A DNA stretch of 64,000 nt from Synechococcales cyanobacterium (lineage in GTDB: Bacteria > Cyanobacteriota > Cyanobacteriia > CAKZMO01). The stretch is from NCBI GenBank assembly GCA_035285585.1, contig JAYKGU010000315.1, forward strand, positions 5,040-69,039. Reading direction: 5' to 3'. A program made the position numbers and the translations under genes. Positions 10,378-19,101 of this stretch are shown in pieces. The notes below the pieces were generated by a model, which was not told the origin of the DNA, searched no databases, and saw only the letters and a program-made list of their open reading frames with translations. The first letter of the stretch is position 1, and every line of letters begins with the position of its first letter.

Positions 10378-12870
10378 CTAGGTCAAAATTGCGCCGCCCA
10401 TGATGCGCCGATAGCGGTAGTCCAGTTCGTCTTTAAGGACAGGATGGGAGTGTAAGGTCGGATCTTCCTGGCTGAGGCTGACAGCGGCTTGACGGGCAAT
10501 TTCCAGCACGTCCTGATCGTCGACCAAACTAGCCAGGGCAAAGTCTGGCAGCCCCGACTGGCGTCGCCCTAGCACCTCGCCAGGGCCGCGAAACCGCATG
10601 TCCATCTCAGAAATGAAGAAGCCATCTTGAGACTGCTCCAGCACCCGTAACCGCTGCAGGGCAGTTTCCGTTTTTGAATGGCTCATCAGCAGACAAAACG
10701 ACTGCTCTCCGCCACGTCCCACCCGCCCCCGCAGTTGATGGAGCTGGGAGAGGCCAAATCGCTCGGCGTGCTCAATCAGCATGACCGTGGCATTGGGCAC
10801 ATCCACCCCCACCTCCACGACGGTGGTGGAAACCAGAATTTGGGTCTGGTTATCCCGAAACTGGCAAATGGCCTCATCCTTCTCGGCGGAGGTCATACGC
10901 CCGTGGAGCAACCCCACCTTAAAGTCAGGAAAAATCGTCTCCTGGAGCCGCTGGTGCTCGTCAATGGCCGATCGCAAATCTAGCTTTTCCGACTCCTCCA
11001 CCAGGGGTAGCACCACGTAAACCTGCCGTCCCTGGGCGATCTCACGCCGCATCAGGTCGTAGGCATGGGTGCGATCGCGCCCCGCTAAAATCGTAGTTTT
11101 CACTGGCTTTCGTCCCGGCGGTAGCTCGTCAATCTGGCTCACGTCCAGATCCCCGTGGAGGGTCAGGGCCAGGGTGCGCGGGATGGGAGTCGCCGTCATA
11201 GTCAGCACATGGGGGTTCTCGCCCTTCTGCTGGAGCCGTGCCCGCTGCTCCACGCCAAAGCGGTGCTGCTCATCAATTACCACCAGGCCCAACCGGCGGA
11301 ACTGCACCGGGTCTTCAATCAGGGCATGGGTACCCACCAGCAGGGGCAATTCCCCCGTCGTCAGTTCTGAATGAATTTGTCTGCGCTTGGCGGCTTTTGT
11401 AGAGCCGGTTAAGAGTTCCACGGGCAGATGCAGTCGGTTGAACCACTCCACCAGCTTCCGGTAGTGCTGCTCGGCCAGCACTTCAGTGGGAGCCATGAGG
11501 GCGGCCTGGTAGCCCGACTGAATCGCCGCCAGGATGGCCACTACGGCCACCACGGTTTTGCCCGATCCCACATCGCCCTGCACCAGTCGATTCATCGGCA
11601 CGCTGGTCTGCAAATCGGCGAGGATATCGTTGATCACTCGCTGCTGGGCGGTGGTCAGGGCAAAAGGCAACACCTGGTAGAACTGATTCACCAACTCACC
11701 GCTGGGAGCCAAGACCACCTGAGTTTCGTGCTGGCGCTGCTGGAGGCGGCGGCGCAGGAGACCAAGCTGCAGGTAGAAAAATTCGTCGAACACCAGGCGG
11801 CGGCGGGCAGCGGCCAGGGCATCGGCATGGGGCGGGAAATGGATATGGGCGATCGCCTCCTGAATGCCCACTAGCTGATAGGTCTGACGCACCCCCTCGG
11901 GCAGGGGATCCAGGAGCTGGGTGGCGGCGGGGAGAGAGGCCACCACCGCCTTGCGCACCAGATCGGCGGCCACCCCCTCCGTGAGGGGATAGACGGGCAC
12001 CACCCGACCCACCGTCATGGAATCGATGGAACCGCCCGCGTGGTCGATTACCTCAATCTGGGGATCGTCCAGGGTCACACCATACTTGCTTTTTTTAACC
12101 AATCCCGATGCCGCAATGATTGCCCCCGGCGGATAGAGGCGCTTTTGCTGCTCCTGCCAACCCCGGTTGCGGAAGCGATTCCCGGCAAAAAAGCGGCTTA
12201 GCTTGATTTGCCCAGACGCATCCCGCACCTGCAGCTCGAGGATAGTCAGCTTGTTGTTGCGGGGGCTGCTAAAGCAGTTGCAGCTTTTTACCGTGCCCAC
12301 CAGGGTCACCGTTTCCCCCACCTCCAGGTCGCGGATGTTCACCTGGCGGGCATAGTCGATGTGGTCACGGGGATAGTAGAACAGCACATCCCGCACCGTG
12401 TGCAGGTTGAGCTTGGCGAGGCGATCGCTATTTTTTGCCCCGATCCCCGGCAAGTAGGTTACCGGCTGATCCAGACTGAGCTTCGAATACTGGTGGCGGG
12501 CGTCAATGGACGCAGTTTTGGGCACCCTGGTTCGCGCCGATTGGCCCGATGGAGTAGCCTGGGGAGAGGCTGGAGCGGCCCCCGCCGCCGCCGGAGCAGA
12601 TACCGACTCCAGACTGCGGAAGGTCTGGTAAAGTATGCGGCGAGCGTCGGCCACCAGGTGCTGCCGCTGGGCAAACGAGAGATCGGCATAGGTGGAGAAC
12701 TGCTGGGCGATCGCCTTCCACCGCAGTCGCTCCTCAATGGGCAGCTCGGCAGGGGGTTGGTCGAAATTCAGCCGCAGAAACTCGCTGAAGCGGTACTGAT
12801 TCCCCATCAGGTCGTTAAAGCCCCGCTCTGCCTCAATTGCCAGCGCTTTCTGTAGTCGTGACCAGTCCAT
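10378..12870 (-). CDS. recG: ATP-dependent DNA helicase RecG
   Basis: 830 aa; Walker A GDVGSGKT, DEQHRFG (DExH), wedge/helicase arrangement typical of RecG. Confidence 0.9.
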   Translation of the reverse strand: MDWSRLQKALAIEAERGFNDLMGNQYRFSEFLRLNFDQPPAELPIEERLRWKAIAQQFSTYADLSFAQRQHLVADARRILYQTFRSLESVSAPAAAGAAPASPQATPSGQSARTRVPKTASIDARHQYSKLSLDQPVTYLPGIGAKNSDRLAKLNLHTVRDVLFYYPRDHIDYARQVNIRDLEVGETVTLVGTVKSCNCFSSPRNNKLTILELQVRDASGQIKLSRFFAGNRFRNRGWQEQQKRLYPPGAIIAASGLVKKSKYGVTLDDPQIEVIDHAGGSIDSMTVGRVVPVYPLTEGVAADLVRKAVVASLPAATQLLDPLPEGVRQTYQLVGIQEAIAHIHFPPHADALAAARRRLVFDEFFYLQLGLLRRRLQQRQHETQVVLAPSGELVNQFYQVLPFALTTAQQRVINDILADLQTSVPMNRLVQGDVGSGKTVVAVVAILAAIQSGYQAALMAPTEVLAEQHYRKLVEWFNRLHLPVELLTGSTKAAKRRQIHSELTTGELPLLVGTHALIEDPVQFRRLGLVVIDEQHRFGVEQRARLQQKGENPHVLTMTATPIPRTLALTLHGDLDVSQIDELPPGRKPVKTTILAGRDRTHAYDLMRREIAQGRQVYVVLPLVEESEKLDLRSAIDEHQRLQETIFPDFKVGLLHGRMTSAEKDEAICQFRDNQTQILVSTTVVEVGVDVPNATVMLIEHAERFGLSQLHQLRGRVGRGGEQSFCLLMSHSKTETALQRLRVLEQSQDGFFISEMDMRFRGPGEVLGRRQSGLPDFALASLVDDQDVLEIARQAAVSLSQEDPTLHSHPVLKDELDYRYRRIMGGAILT

Positions 12871-12882
12871 GCTGTCGCCTGC

Positions 12883-14010
12883 TTACGGACTCTCTTCCTC
12901 AAACCAACTGGATCGCCAGGCCGATTCGGCTTCAGCGATCGCCCATTCCCGCTTCTTTTTAAAGTAATCCTTACCCAGCTTATGAAGCTGGGCCGTGAGT
13001 TCGCGAATCCTGGCTCGCTTAGCGGCCAACAGCGCATCGCTGAACTCCAGCTCCGCAGGGCGGAGCCGCACAGCCATAATCCGGGTAATTTGCGAACCCT
13101 CCTCCTCACTTTCGGTTTCAATCAGGAGATTGAGCATATTAGGCGGGCCACCCACCGCTTCTGCAGAAACGTCGGCTTTGAGGGCAGCTTCAATCACCGC
13201 CTCAGGCAATCTGCGGGGAATGATTCCCGCTTTTTGCAGGCTAAAGTTCACTGCCTCCGCCAAACTGCGCAGAATATCGCTGAGCGTTTCCTCCAGTTGC
13301 TCTTGCTGGATCACGATCAGCTCCGGGGTCACCTGCAAGGGGCCGCTTTCCTCAGGCGTCCCTGCCCAAGGGGAATCTGGGGAGCTTCCCACTCCATCGT
13401 TCCCCGCTGGATGGGCGATCGCATCCTCCCCGCCCAAATTTTCCTGGGATGACAACGGCAGCAGCAGCAGGGGGTATTCCTCCGAAGTGGGCTGTATCTC
13501 CGGGAAGTCATCATCCTCGTCGGTTTCGGACTGGGCGCTCAAAAACGATTCCAGGGCTGCCGCCACGGCAGCGGCGGGATCGGGGTCAGGCGGCGACTCC
13601 GCCGCTGGAGCCACAGCCTGCTGGAGTCCCTCATGGATGGGTAGGTTGACTTTCGGTTCAGCCTCCACCAGGGGGGAGGGGGAAAAATCATCACTGTCAT
13701 CGGGGTCGGGGCGATCGCTCTGACTGATCCGAACAGGATCGGCCAGGTCTACCTGGGCACGGCGGACATGGTTGCGAATTGCCTCCTGCAGAGTTTGGCG
13801 CTGCTGAAACGAAAGCGCCAGAAACCTCTCTGGATAACCCTGGGTACACAGGTGATAGCAGGCTAAGACCACCTGCCGCCGCAGAGAATCTTTGAGATGG
13901 GACAGGTAATCTCGATAGGCTTTATTAAAATCAGTGGCGATCGCCTCCAAAGCCGTTTCCAGCATGGCCAGCTCTTGCTTAATCTGCTTCATCACATCAG
14001 CCCTATCCAT
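12883..14010 (-). CDS. hypothetical protein with acidic/Pro-rich central linker, immediately upstream of recG (12-nt gap)
   Basis: 375-aa ORF; structured N- and C-terminal segments flanking D/E/P-rich region; no family recognised. Confidence 0.5.
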   Translation of the reverse strand: MDRADVMKQIKQELAMLETALEAIATDFNKAYRDYLSHLKDSLRRQVVLACYHLCTQGYPERFLALSFQQRQTLQEAIRNHVRRAQVDLADPVRISQSDRPDPDDSDDFSPSPLVEAEPKVNLPIHEGLQQAVAPAAESPPDPDPAAAVAAALESFLSAQSETDEDDDFPEIQPTSEEYPLLLLPLSSQENLGGEDAIAHPAGNDGVGSSPDSPWAGTPEESGPLQVTPELIVIQQEQLEETLSDILRSLAEAVNFSLQKAGIIPRRLPEAVIEAALKADVSAEAVGGPPNMLNLLIETESEEEGSQITRIMAVRLRPAELEFSDALLAAKRARIRELTAQLHKLGKDYFKKKREWAIAEAESAWRSSWFEEESP

Positions 14011-14034
14011 TCACTGATCTCGCCTTACCTCTTT

Positions 14035-14069
14035 AAAAAAAAGCAGGTCACCTGTATCCGTTGACCTGC
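14035..14069 (-). terminator. rho-independent terminator for rpsB-tsf operon (GCAGGTCA-loop-TGACCTGC + U8 on minus strand)
   Basis: 8-bp perfect stem with A8 on plus strand = U8 after hairpin on minus strand, 60-95 nt past tsf stop. Confidence 0.65.
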
Positions 14070-14131
14070 CCCACGATCCCAATTTAGCGATCTGGCCCAA
14101 ATGAATGGGCCATGGATCGTTTACGGCTCAT

Positions 14132-15229
14132 TTACTTCTTCTTACCCTTTTTGCTACCGCCACTGCTGCCTTTCTTCCCGCCACTCTTTTTAGAAGGCTC
14201 TGAGAACCCAGCAGTCTTTTTGGGAGCGGCTTCCTTAGCGGAGGTATCCGATTCAGGGGCCTTCTCTTCTACGGGTGCCTCCGGCTCGGCGACGGCTGGC
14301 GATTCGGCTACTGCCTCTGGTTCAGGAGTAGCTTCCGGTTCAGCAGCAACCTCTACCTCCGGCTCAAGAGCAGCTTCGGGTTCGGGAGCCGCAACCTCTG
14401 CTTCGGCTTCAGGAATGGTTTCCGGCTCGGGAGCGGCAACTTCTGCTTCCGGCTCAGTAACAGCTTCGGGTTCGGGAGCGGCCTTAGCAGCGGCGGGTTC
14501 GGGTGCAGGAACAGGAGCCTCCGGGTCAGGAGCGACTTCAGGTTCAGCAGCAGGCTCAGGGGCCGGGGCAGTTTTCTTACCCGCCTGGGCAGCTACCTCA
14601 GCAGCGAAGTCTGTCTCCTCTTTCTCGATGCCCTCACCCAAAACGAAACGAGCAAAGCGACGCACCTGAATCTTCTCGCCAAGCTGGCCAGAGGTCGTCT
14701 TCACCAGTTCCTCAACGGTGATGCTCTGATCCCGGATGTAGGGCTGATCGAGCAGGGAAAGCTCCTGTAAACGCTTGCCAATGCGTCCCTCGACGATCTT
14801 CTCGCGGATGTTCTCTGGCTTATTTGCCAGATCGTCGCGTCCCATTTCGATTTCCTTTTCCTTTCGCACCGTTGCTTCAGGAATCTCGTCCGTGGAGACG
14901 TATTCCACGTTGGGGCAGGCGGCAATCTGCATGGCGATGTTCTTCACCAGATCCTGGAATTCCTCGTTGCGGGCAACGAAGTCAGTCTGACAGTTGACTT
15001 CCACCAGCACGCCAACCCGACCGCCGGTGTGAATGTAGCTGCCAACCAATCCCTCAGCAGCCACCTTACCTGCTTTTTTCTCGGCGGAAGCAATTCCCTT
15101 TTGGCGGAGCCACTCCGTCGCTTTCTCCATGTCGCCCCCAGTTTCGGTGAGGGCTTTTTTGCAATCCATCATACCCGCGCCAGTTTTTTCGCGCAGCTCT
15201 TTTACGAGTTTTGCCGATACTTCAGCCAT
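14132..15229 (-). CDS. tsf: elongation factor Ts with ~150-aa C-terminal Pro/Glu/Ala-rich and Lys-rich extension
   Basis: N-terminus [27 protein letters not shown] (UBA-like EF-Ts N domain); canonical core ~215 aa then PEPEA repeats and [19 protein letters not shown] tail. Confidence 0.9.
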   Translation of the reverse strand: MAEVSAKLVKELREKTGAGMMDCKKALTETGGDMEKATEWLRQKGIASAEKKAGKVAAEGLVGSYIHTGGRVGVLVEVNCQTDFVARNEEFQDLVKNIAMQIAACPNVEYVSTDEIPEATVRKEKEIEMGRDDLANKPENIREKIVEGRIGKRLQELSLLDQPYIRDQSITVEELVKTTSGQLGEKIQVRRFARFVLGEGIEKEETDFAAEVAAQAGKKTAPAPEPAAEPEVAPDPEAPVPAPEPAAAKAAPEPEAVTEPEAEVAAPEPETIPEAEAEVAAPEPEAALEPEVEVAAEPEATPEPEAVAESPAVAEPEAPVEEKAPESDTSAKEAAPKKTAGFSEPSKKSGGKKGSSGGSKKGKKK

Positions 15230-15402
15230 TGCCTAAGTCCTACTCTATTCGCTAGTGATTCCAATCTGGCGTTGCTTTCGCACTCAGTTAATAGATTAAC
15301 AACCAACTGCACCGACTTCAGATCAACCCGGTTCTGCTGAAAGCCTATTCGATCAATAGAGGTTTCGGCATCCAAAACCCCTGACGAATTTTAGATTAGT
15401 GA

Positions 15403-16203
15403 TTAAGAGTCGGAATCGTCTTCATCTTCGTCTGTGGACTCGTCGTAGTCGTCGTAGTCGTCCTCAGCCCCGTCGTAATCGGCATACATATCCTCGTCGC
15501 CCATATCCATGTCGTCTAACTGCCCGTGGCGACCTTCGTAAATCGCATCGGCAAGGCGACCGATGATGAGCTTGATGGAGCGAATGGCGTCGTCGTTTGC
15601 GGGAATGGGAATATCGGCGTAATCAGGATCGCAGTTGGTGTCCAGCATCGAGACGATGGGGATGTCTAGCTTAATGCATTCCTGAATAGCGTTGTACTCC
15701 CGCCGCTGGTCAATGATGACGACAATATCGGGAACCTGGCGCATCAGTTTAATACCGCCCAGGTACTTTTGCAGCTTTTCTAGCTCACGGCGGAGCACGG
15801 CGGCTTCCTTCTTTGGAAGCAGATTCAAAGCTCCGGTTTCTTCGCGGCGCTCCAGCTCTTTGAGGCGATCGACCCGCGTTTTAATGGTAGTCCAGTTGGT
15901 TAGCATGCCCCCCAGCCAGCGCTGGTTGACATAGTAAGCACCACAGCGAGAAGCTTCCTGGGCGACGATCCCGGCGGCCTGCCGCTTGGTGCCGACAAAC
16001 AAAAATTTCTTGCCCTGCTCGGCAGCATCCCGCATGTAGGCGTAGGCTTCTTCCATGAGCTGGGCGGTCTGCACCAGGTCAATGATGTGAACGCCATTGC
16101 GGGATGTGTAAATATATTCCGCCATTTTGGGGTTCCAGCGGCGGGTCTGGTGGCCAAAGTGGACCCCTGACTCAAGCAATTGAGCCAATTCAACAACCGG
16201 CAT
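15403..16203 (-). CDS. rpsB: 30S ribosomal protein S2 (acidic C-terminal tail)
   Basis: [27 protein letters not shown]; classic rpsB-tsf arrangement. Confidence 0.9.
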   Translation of the reverse strand: MPVVELAQLLESGVHFGHQTRRWNPKMAEYIYTSRNGVHIIDLVQTAQLMEEAYAYMRDAAEQGKKFLFVGTKRQAAGIVAQEASRCGAYYVNQRWLGGMLTNWTTIKTRVDRLKELERREETGALNLLPKKEAAVLRRELEKLQKYLGGIKLMRQVPDIVVIIDQRREYNAIQECIKLDIPIVSMLDTNCDPDYADIPIPANDDAIRSIKLIIGRLADAIYEGRHGQLDDMDMGDEDMYADYDGAEDDYDDYDESTDEDEDDSDS

Positions 16204-16339
16204 AGTTTTCTCCTGTTAGTTCGGGTTTATCCTCCATCCAGATGTGATTTCCCTGGCGCTTGCATGGTTTTGAGCGACGAGAAACACCCGAAGGTCTGGA
16301 TGTGTGATTTTTTGACAACCCTACTAGGGTAGCACGGTT

Positions 16340-17281
16340 CTAGGGCACTTGTTCGCCATATTCCGCGTAGGCAGCATAGACGCCCTGGACGTTGTACCAG
16401 TTGAGGAAGATGCGGGCAATTTCCAAAGCGAGCTGGGGCCTGCCGCGATCGATCAGCCATTGCAGTAGGGGAGCCAGGGTGGTTTCGTTGAGCCTGCCGC
16501 CCCCGGTGAGTCCGCCCCAGAGGAGGCGATGCAGCCAGGTCATCTGGATCATCAGGCGCACGTCCCAGGTGGGGTGCTTCTGGTAGAAGAGGACGCCCAT
16601 GCGGCCCCGTTGAATTTCCCGGTCAATCAGGCGGGGGATCTGGTCGAGGGTGAAGGGGGGGTGCCAGTGGTAGCCGACGGCTTCCGGGCACTTGATCAGC
16701 TTCAGGCCCAGTTTCTTGAGGCGCACCCCCAGCTCCAGGTCTTCCCAACCGTAGAGCTGGAAGCGGGTGTCGAACAGGCCAGCGGTTTCCAGCCAGTGTT
16801 TGGCGATCGCCACATTTCCCGTCGCAAAGTAGGCCGCCGAAAAGTCCGTAATCTTAAACGGCTCAGCCGTGGGATTCTCGAAATTACAGGTGTTGACCAC
16901 CCGGCCATAGGTGAAGAGGCGATCGCTCCCCATCTGCCCATATCCTCGGCGGAGCGCCTCGGCATGGCACTGGAGAAACGTCTCGGTGACCACCAGATCA
17001 CTGTCGATGAAGATGATCGTATCGCCCTTGGCCTCACGCACCCCCAGGTTACGGGCAGCGGCGGGGCCTTCGTGGGCCTGCTGGAACAGCCGCAGGTGGG
17101 GAAACTGGTCACTACTGGTCAGCCAGGGGACGGTGTCGTCGGTGGAGCCATCGTCCACTACCACGACTTCGTAGCTGGCGATCGCGCTCTCCGGCTGCCA
17201 GCGCTGCTGCTCCAGAGCCGTGAGGCACTTCTCCAGAATGGGCTTGCGGTTGTAGGTGGGAATGACAACGCTGAAAAACAC
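16340..17281 (-). CDS. family 2 glycosyltransferase
   Basis: FSVVIPTYNRKPILEKCL...VVVVDDGSTDDT DxD-type GT-A fold motifs. Confidence 0.8.
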   Translation of the reverse strand: MFFSVVIPTYNRKPILEKCLTALEQQRWQPESAIASYEVVVVDDGSTDDTVPWLTSSDQFPHLRLFQQAHEGPAAARNLGVREAKGDTIIFIDSDLVVTETFLQCHAEALRRGYGQMGSDRLFTYGRVVNTCNFENPTAEPFKITDFSAAYFATGNVAIAKHWLETAGLFDTRFQLYGWEDLELGVRLKKLGLKLIKCPEAVGYHWHPPFTLDQIPRLIDREIQRGRMGVLFYQKHPTWDVRLMIQMTWLHRLLWGGLTGGGRLNETTLAPLLQWLIDRGRPQLALEIARIFLNWYNVQGVYAAYAEYGEQVP

Positions 17282-17338
17282 AGACTGACTCCCGCTGCGA
17301 ATACCCTGTGATCGTAGCTGGAATCACGTCTAATGTAT

Positions 17339-17466
17339 CCGCAGATTTCGCAGATGGACGCAGATAAAGATCCAGCATCAATCTGCGCTAATCTGCGCCA
17401 TCTGCGGACAATTAACTCCCCTTCTGGAACTGCTTAAGCGGCGGGTAAAATTACGGCAAATCTGCG
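17339..17466. promoter_or_regulatory. array of heptamer CGCAGAT (x3, direct, 10-nt phased) followed by ATCTGCG (x4, inverted orientation) in divergent promoter region
   Basis: read directly; copies at 17340,17349,17359 and 17381,17391,17400,17460. Confidence 0.4.
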
Positions 17467-17576
17467 GCACCGTCAGCCGTTGCTGGGTATAGTGATAGAA
17501 CAATCTGGCGCGTTAACTCGCATCCGGTCTGTTCGCGTTTTTTCTACTCATCTCCTCTGCTGATTGCCGATTACCT

Positions 17577-18389
17577 ATGAAGCCCTACCTTGCTGCTGCG
17601 GTGCAAATGAATAGCGTCCCTGACGTTGCTAAGAACTTGAGTCAGGCCGAAGATTTGATCGATCTGGCGGTGCGCCAGGGGGCGGAACTGGTCTGCCTGC
17701 CGGAAAATTTCCCGTTCCTGGGCGACGAAGTGGCGAAGGTGCAGCAGGCGGGGGCGATCGCCAGCGAGAGCGTCAAGTTCCTCAAAACCATGGCCCAGCG
17801 CTACCAGATTACCCTGCTGGGCGGCGGCTTCCCGGTGCCCATTGAGGACGATCGGGTCTACAATCGCGCCCTGCTGGTGGGGCCGGAGGGCGAGGAGCTG
17901 GCCTGCTACGAAAAAGTTCACCTGTTCGACGTGAACCTGCCCGACGGCAATACCTATCAGGAATCTCGCACGGTGCTATCGGGCACCCAACTGCCCCCGG
18001 TGCATCCCTCCAAGGATTTGGGCAACCTGGGGCTATCGGTGTGCTACGACGTGCGCTTCCCCGAACTCTACCGCCACCTGTCCCAAATGGGGGCCGAGGT
18101 GCTAATCATCCCCGCCGCCTTCACCGCCTTCACCGGCAAAGACCACTGGCAGGTGCTCATCCAGGCGCGAGCCATTGAAAACACCTGCTACGTCATCGCC
18201 CCCGCCCAAACGGGCATCCACTACGCTCGCCGCCAAACCCACGGCCACGCCATGATCGTCGATCCCTGGGGCGTGATTCTCGCCGATGCTGGAGAAGCAC
18301 CGGGGGTGGCGATCGCCTCCATTGACCCCTCCCGCATCGCCCAGGTGCGCCGCCAAATGCCGTCACTACAGCACCGCGTTTTCATTTAA
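17577..18389 (+). CDS. carbon-nitrogen hydrolase (nitrilase superfamily)
   Basis: 270 aa; E...K...C triad context incl. VCYDVRFPE catalytic Cys motif. Confidence 0.8.
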   Translation: MKPYLAAAVQMNSVPDVAKNLSQAEDLIDLAVRQGAELVCLPENFPFLGDEVAKVQQAGAIASESVKFLKTMAQRYQITLLGGGFPVPIEDDRVYNRALLVGPEGEELACYEKVHLFDVNLPDGNTYQESRTVLSGTQLPPVHPSKDLGNLGLSVCYDVRFPELYRHLSQMGAEVLIIPAAFTAFTGKDHWQVLIQARAIENTCYVIAPAQTGIHYARRQTHGHAMIVDPWGVILADAGEAPGVAIASIDPSRIAQVRRQMPSLQHRVFI

Positions 18390-18426
18390 ATACCCGGTAC
18401 GGGCAAAAGATCCGGAGTTTCATCCA

Positions 18427-19101
18427 TCATCGGGACAAACGCCGAGAAGGCTTGCCCTCAAAAGGAATCAGGGTGCCTTCGGCGATCGCATAAGCCACCG
18501 TCCCCAATTTCAGCGAAACCTCATAGCCACCCGTAAAGCTACCAAACGAGGGCAGCAAGATCAGGTTTTGGGGGCGATCGACGTAGAAGCAGGGGAGCCG
18601 CAGGGAATCCAGACGGGTTGTGAGCTTCAGGCAGGGATGGACGTGACCGCACAGATTGAGGTGATTTGCCTGGGGTTGGGGATCGTGGCTGAGGAACAGG
18701 GTTCCCAACGCCAATGTTTCAGTAATTTGCTGGTTGGGAATCTGGGGGAGGTGGTGGGCGAAGGGGCGATCGTGGTTACCGACGAGGAGGGTCACATCCG
18801 CATCAGTCCCATGCAAAAATGCGGCCCACGGTTCGAGCACCTCGTCTACCAGCGCTAACCGGGAGTGGAATAAGTCGCCCAGGATGACCAGGCGCTGCGG
18901 TCGGAACCGCTGACAGAGCTGGGAGAGGCGATCGAGGGTGTCCTGGTTCACCCGGTTGGCGATGGGGATTCCATAGTGCTGGAAGGTCTCCGACTTGCCC
19001 AGGTGGAGGTCGGCCACCAGCAGGGTTTGCCAGTCGGGCAGGTAGATGGCCTTTTCCGGCAGCAGGGTGAGGGTGGTATGGGCGAGGGTCAGGTCAATCA
19101 T
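18427..19101 (-). CDS. pdeM: ligase-associated DNA damage response phosphoesterase PdeM (calcineurin-like metallophosphoesterase)
   Basis: LVADLHLGKS...ILGDLFH...GNHD metallophosphoesterase motifs; start immediately after helicase stop (overlap/abutting). Confidence 0.7.
   Translation of the reverse strand: MIDLTLAHTTLTLLPEKAIYLPDWQTLLVADLHLGKSETFQHYGIPIANRVNQDTLDRLSQLCQRFRPQRLVILGDLFHSRLALVDEVLEPWAAFLHGTDADVTLLVGNHDRPFAHHLPQIPNQQITETLALGTLFLSHDPQPQANHLNLCGHVHPCLKLTTRLDSLRLPCFYVDRPQNLILLPSFGSFTGGYEVSLKLGTVAYAIAEGTLIPFEGKPSRRLSR

Noticed and set aside
12208-12855. 215-aa plus-strand ORF inside recG
   Set aside because: Antisense artefact.
16529-17311. 260-aa plus-strand ORF opposite the GT2 glycosyltransferase
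   Set aside because: Antisense artefact. The GT2 reading frame has clear family motifs.
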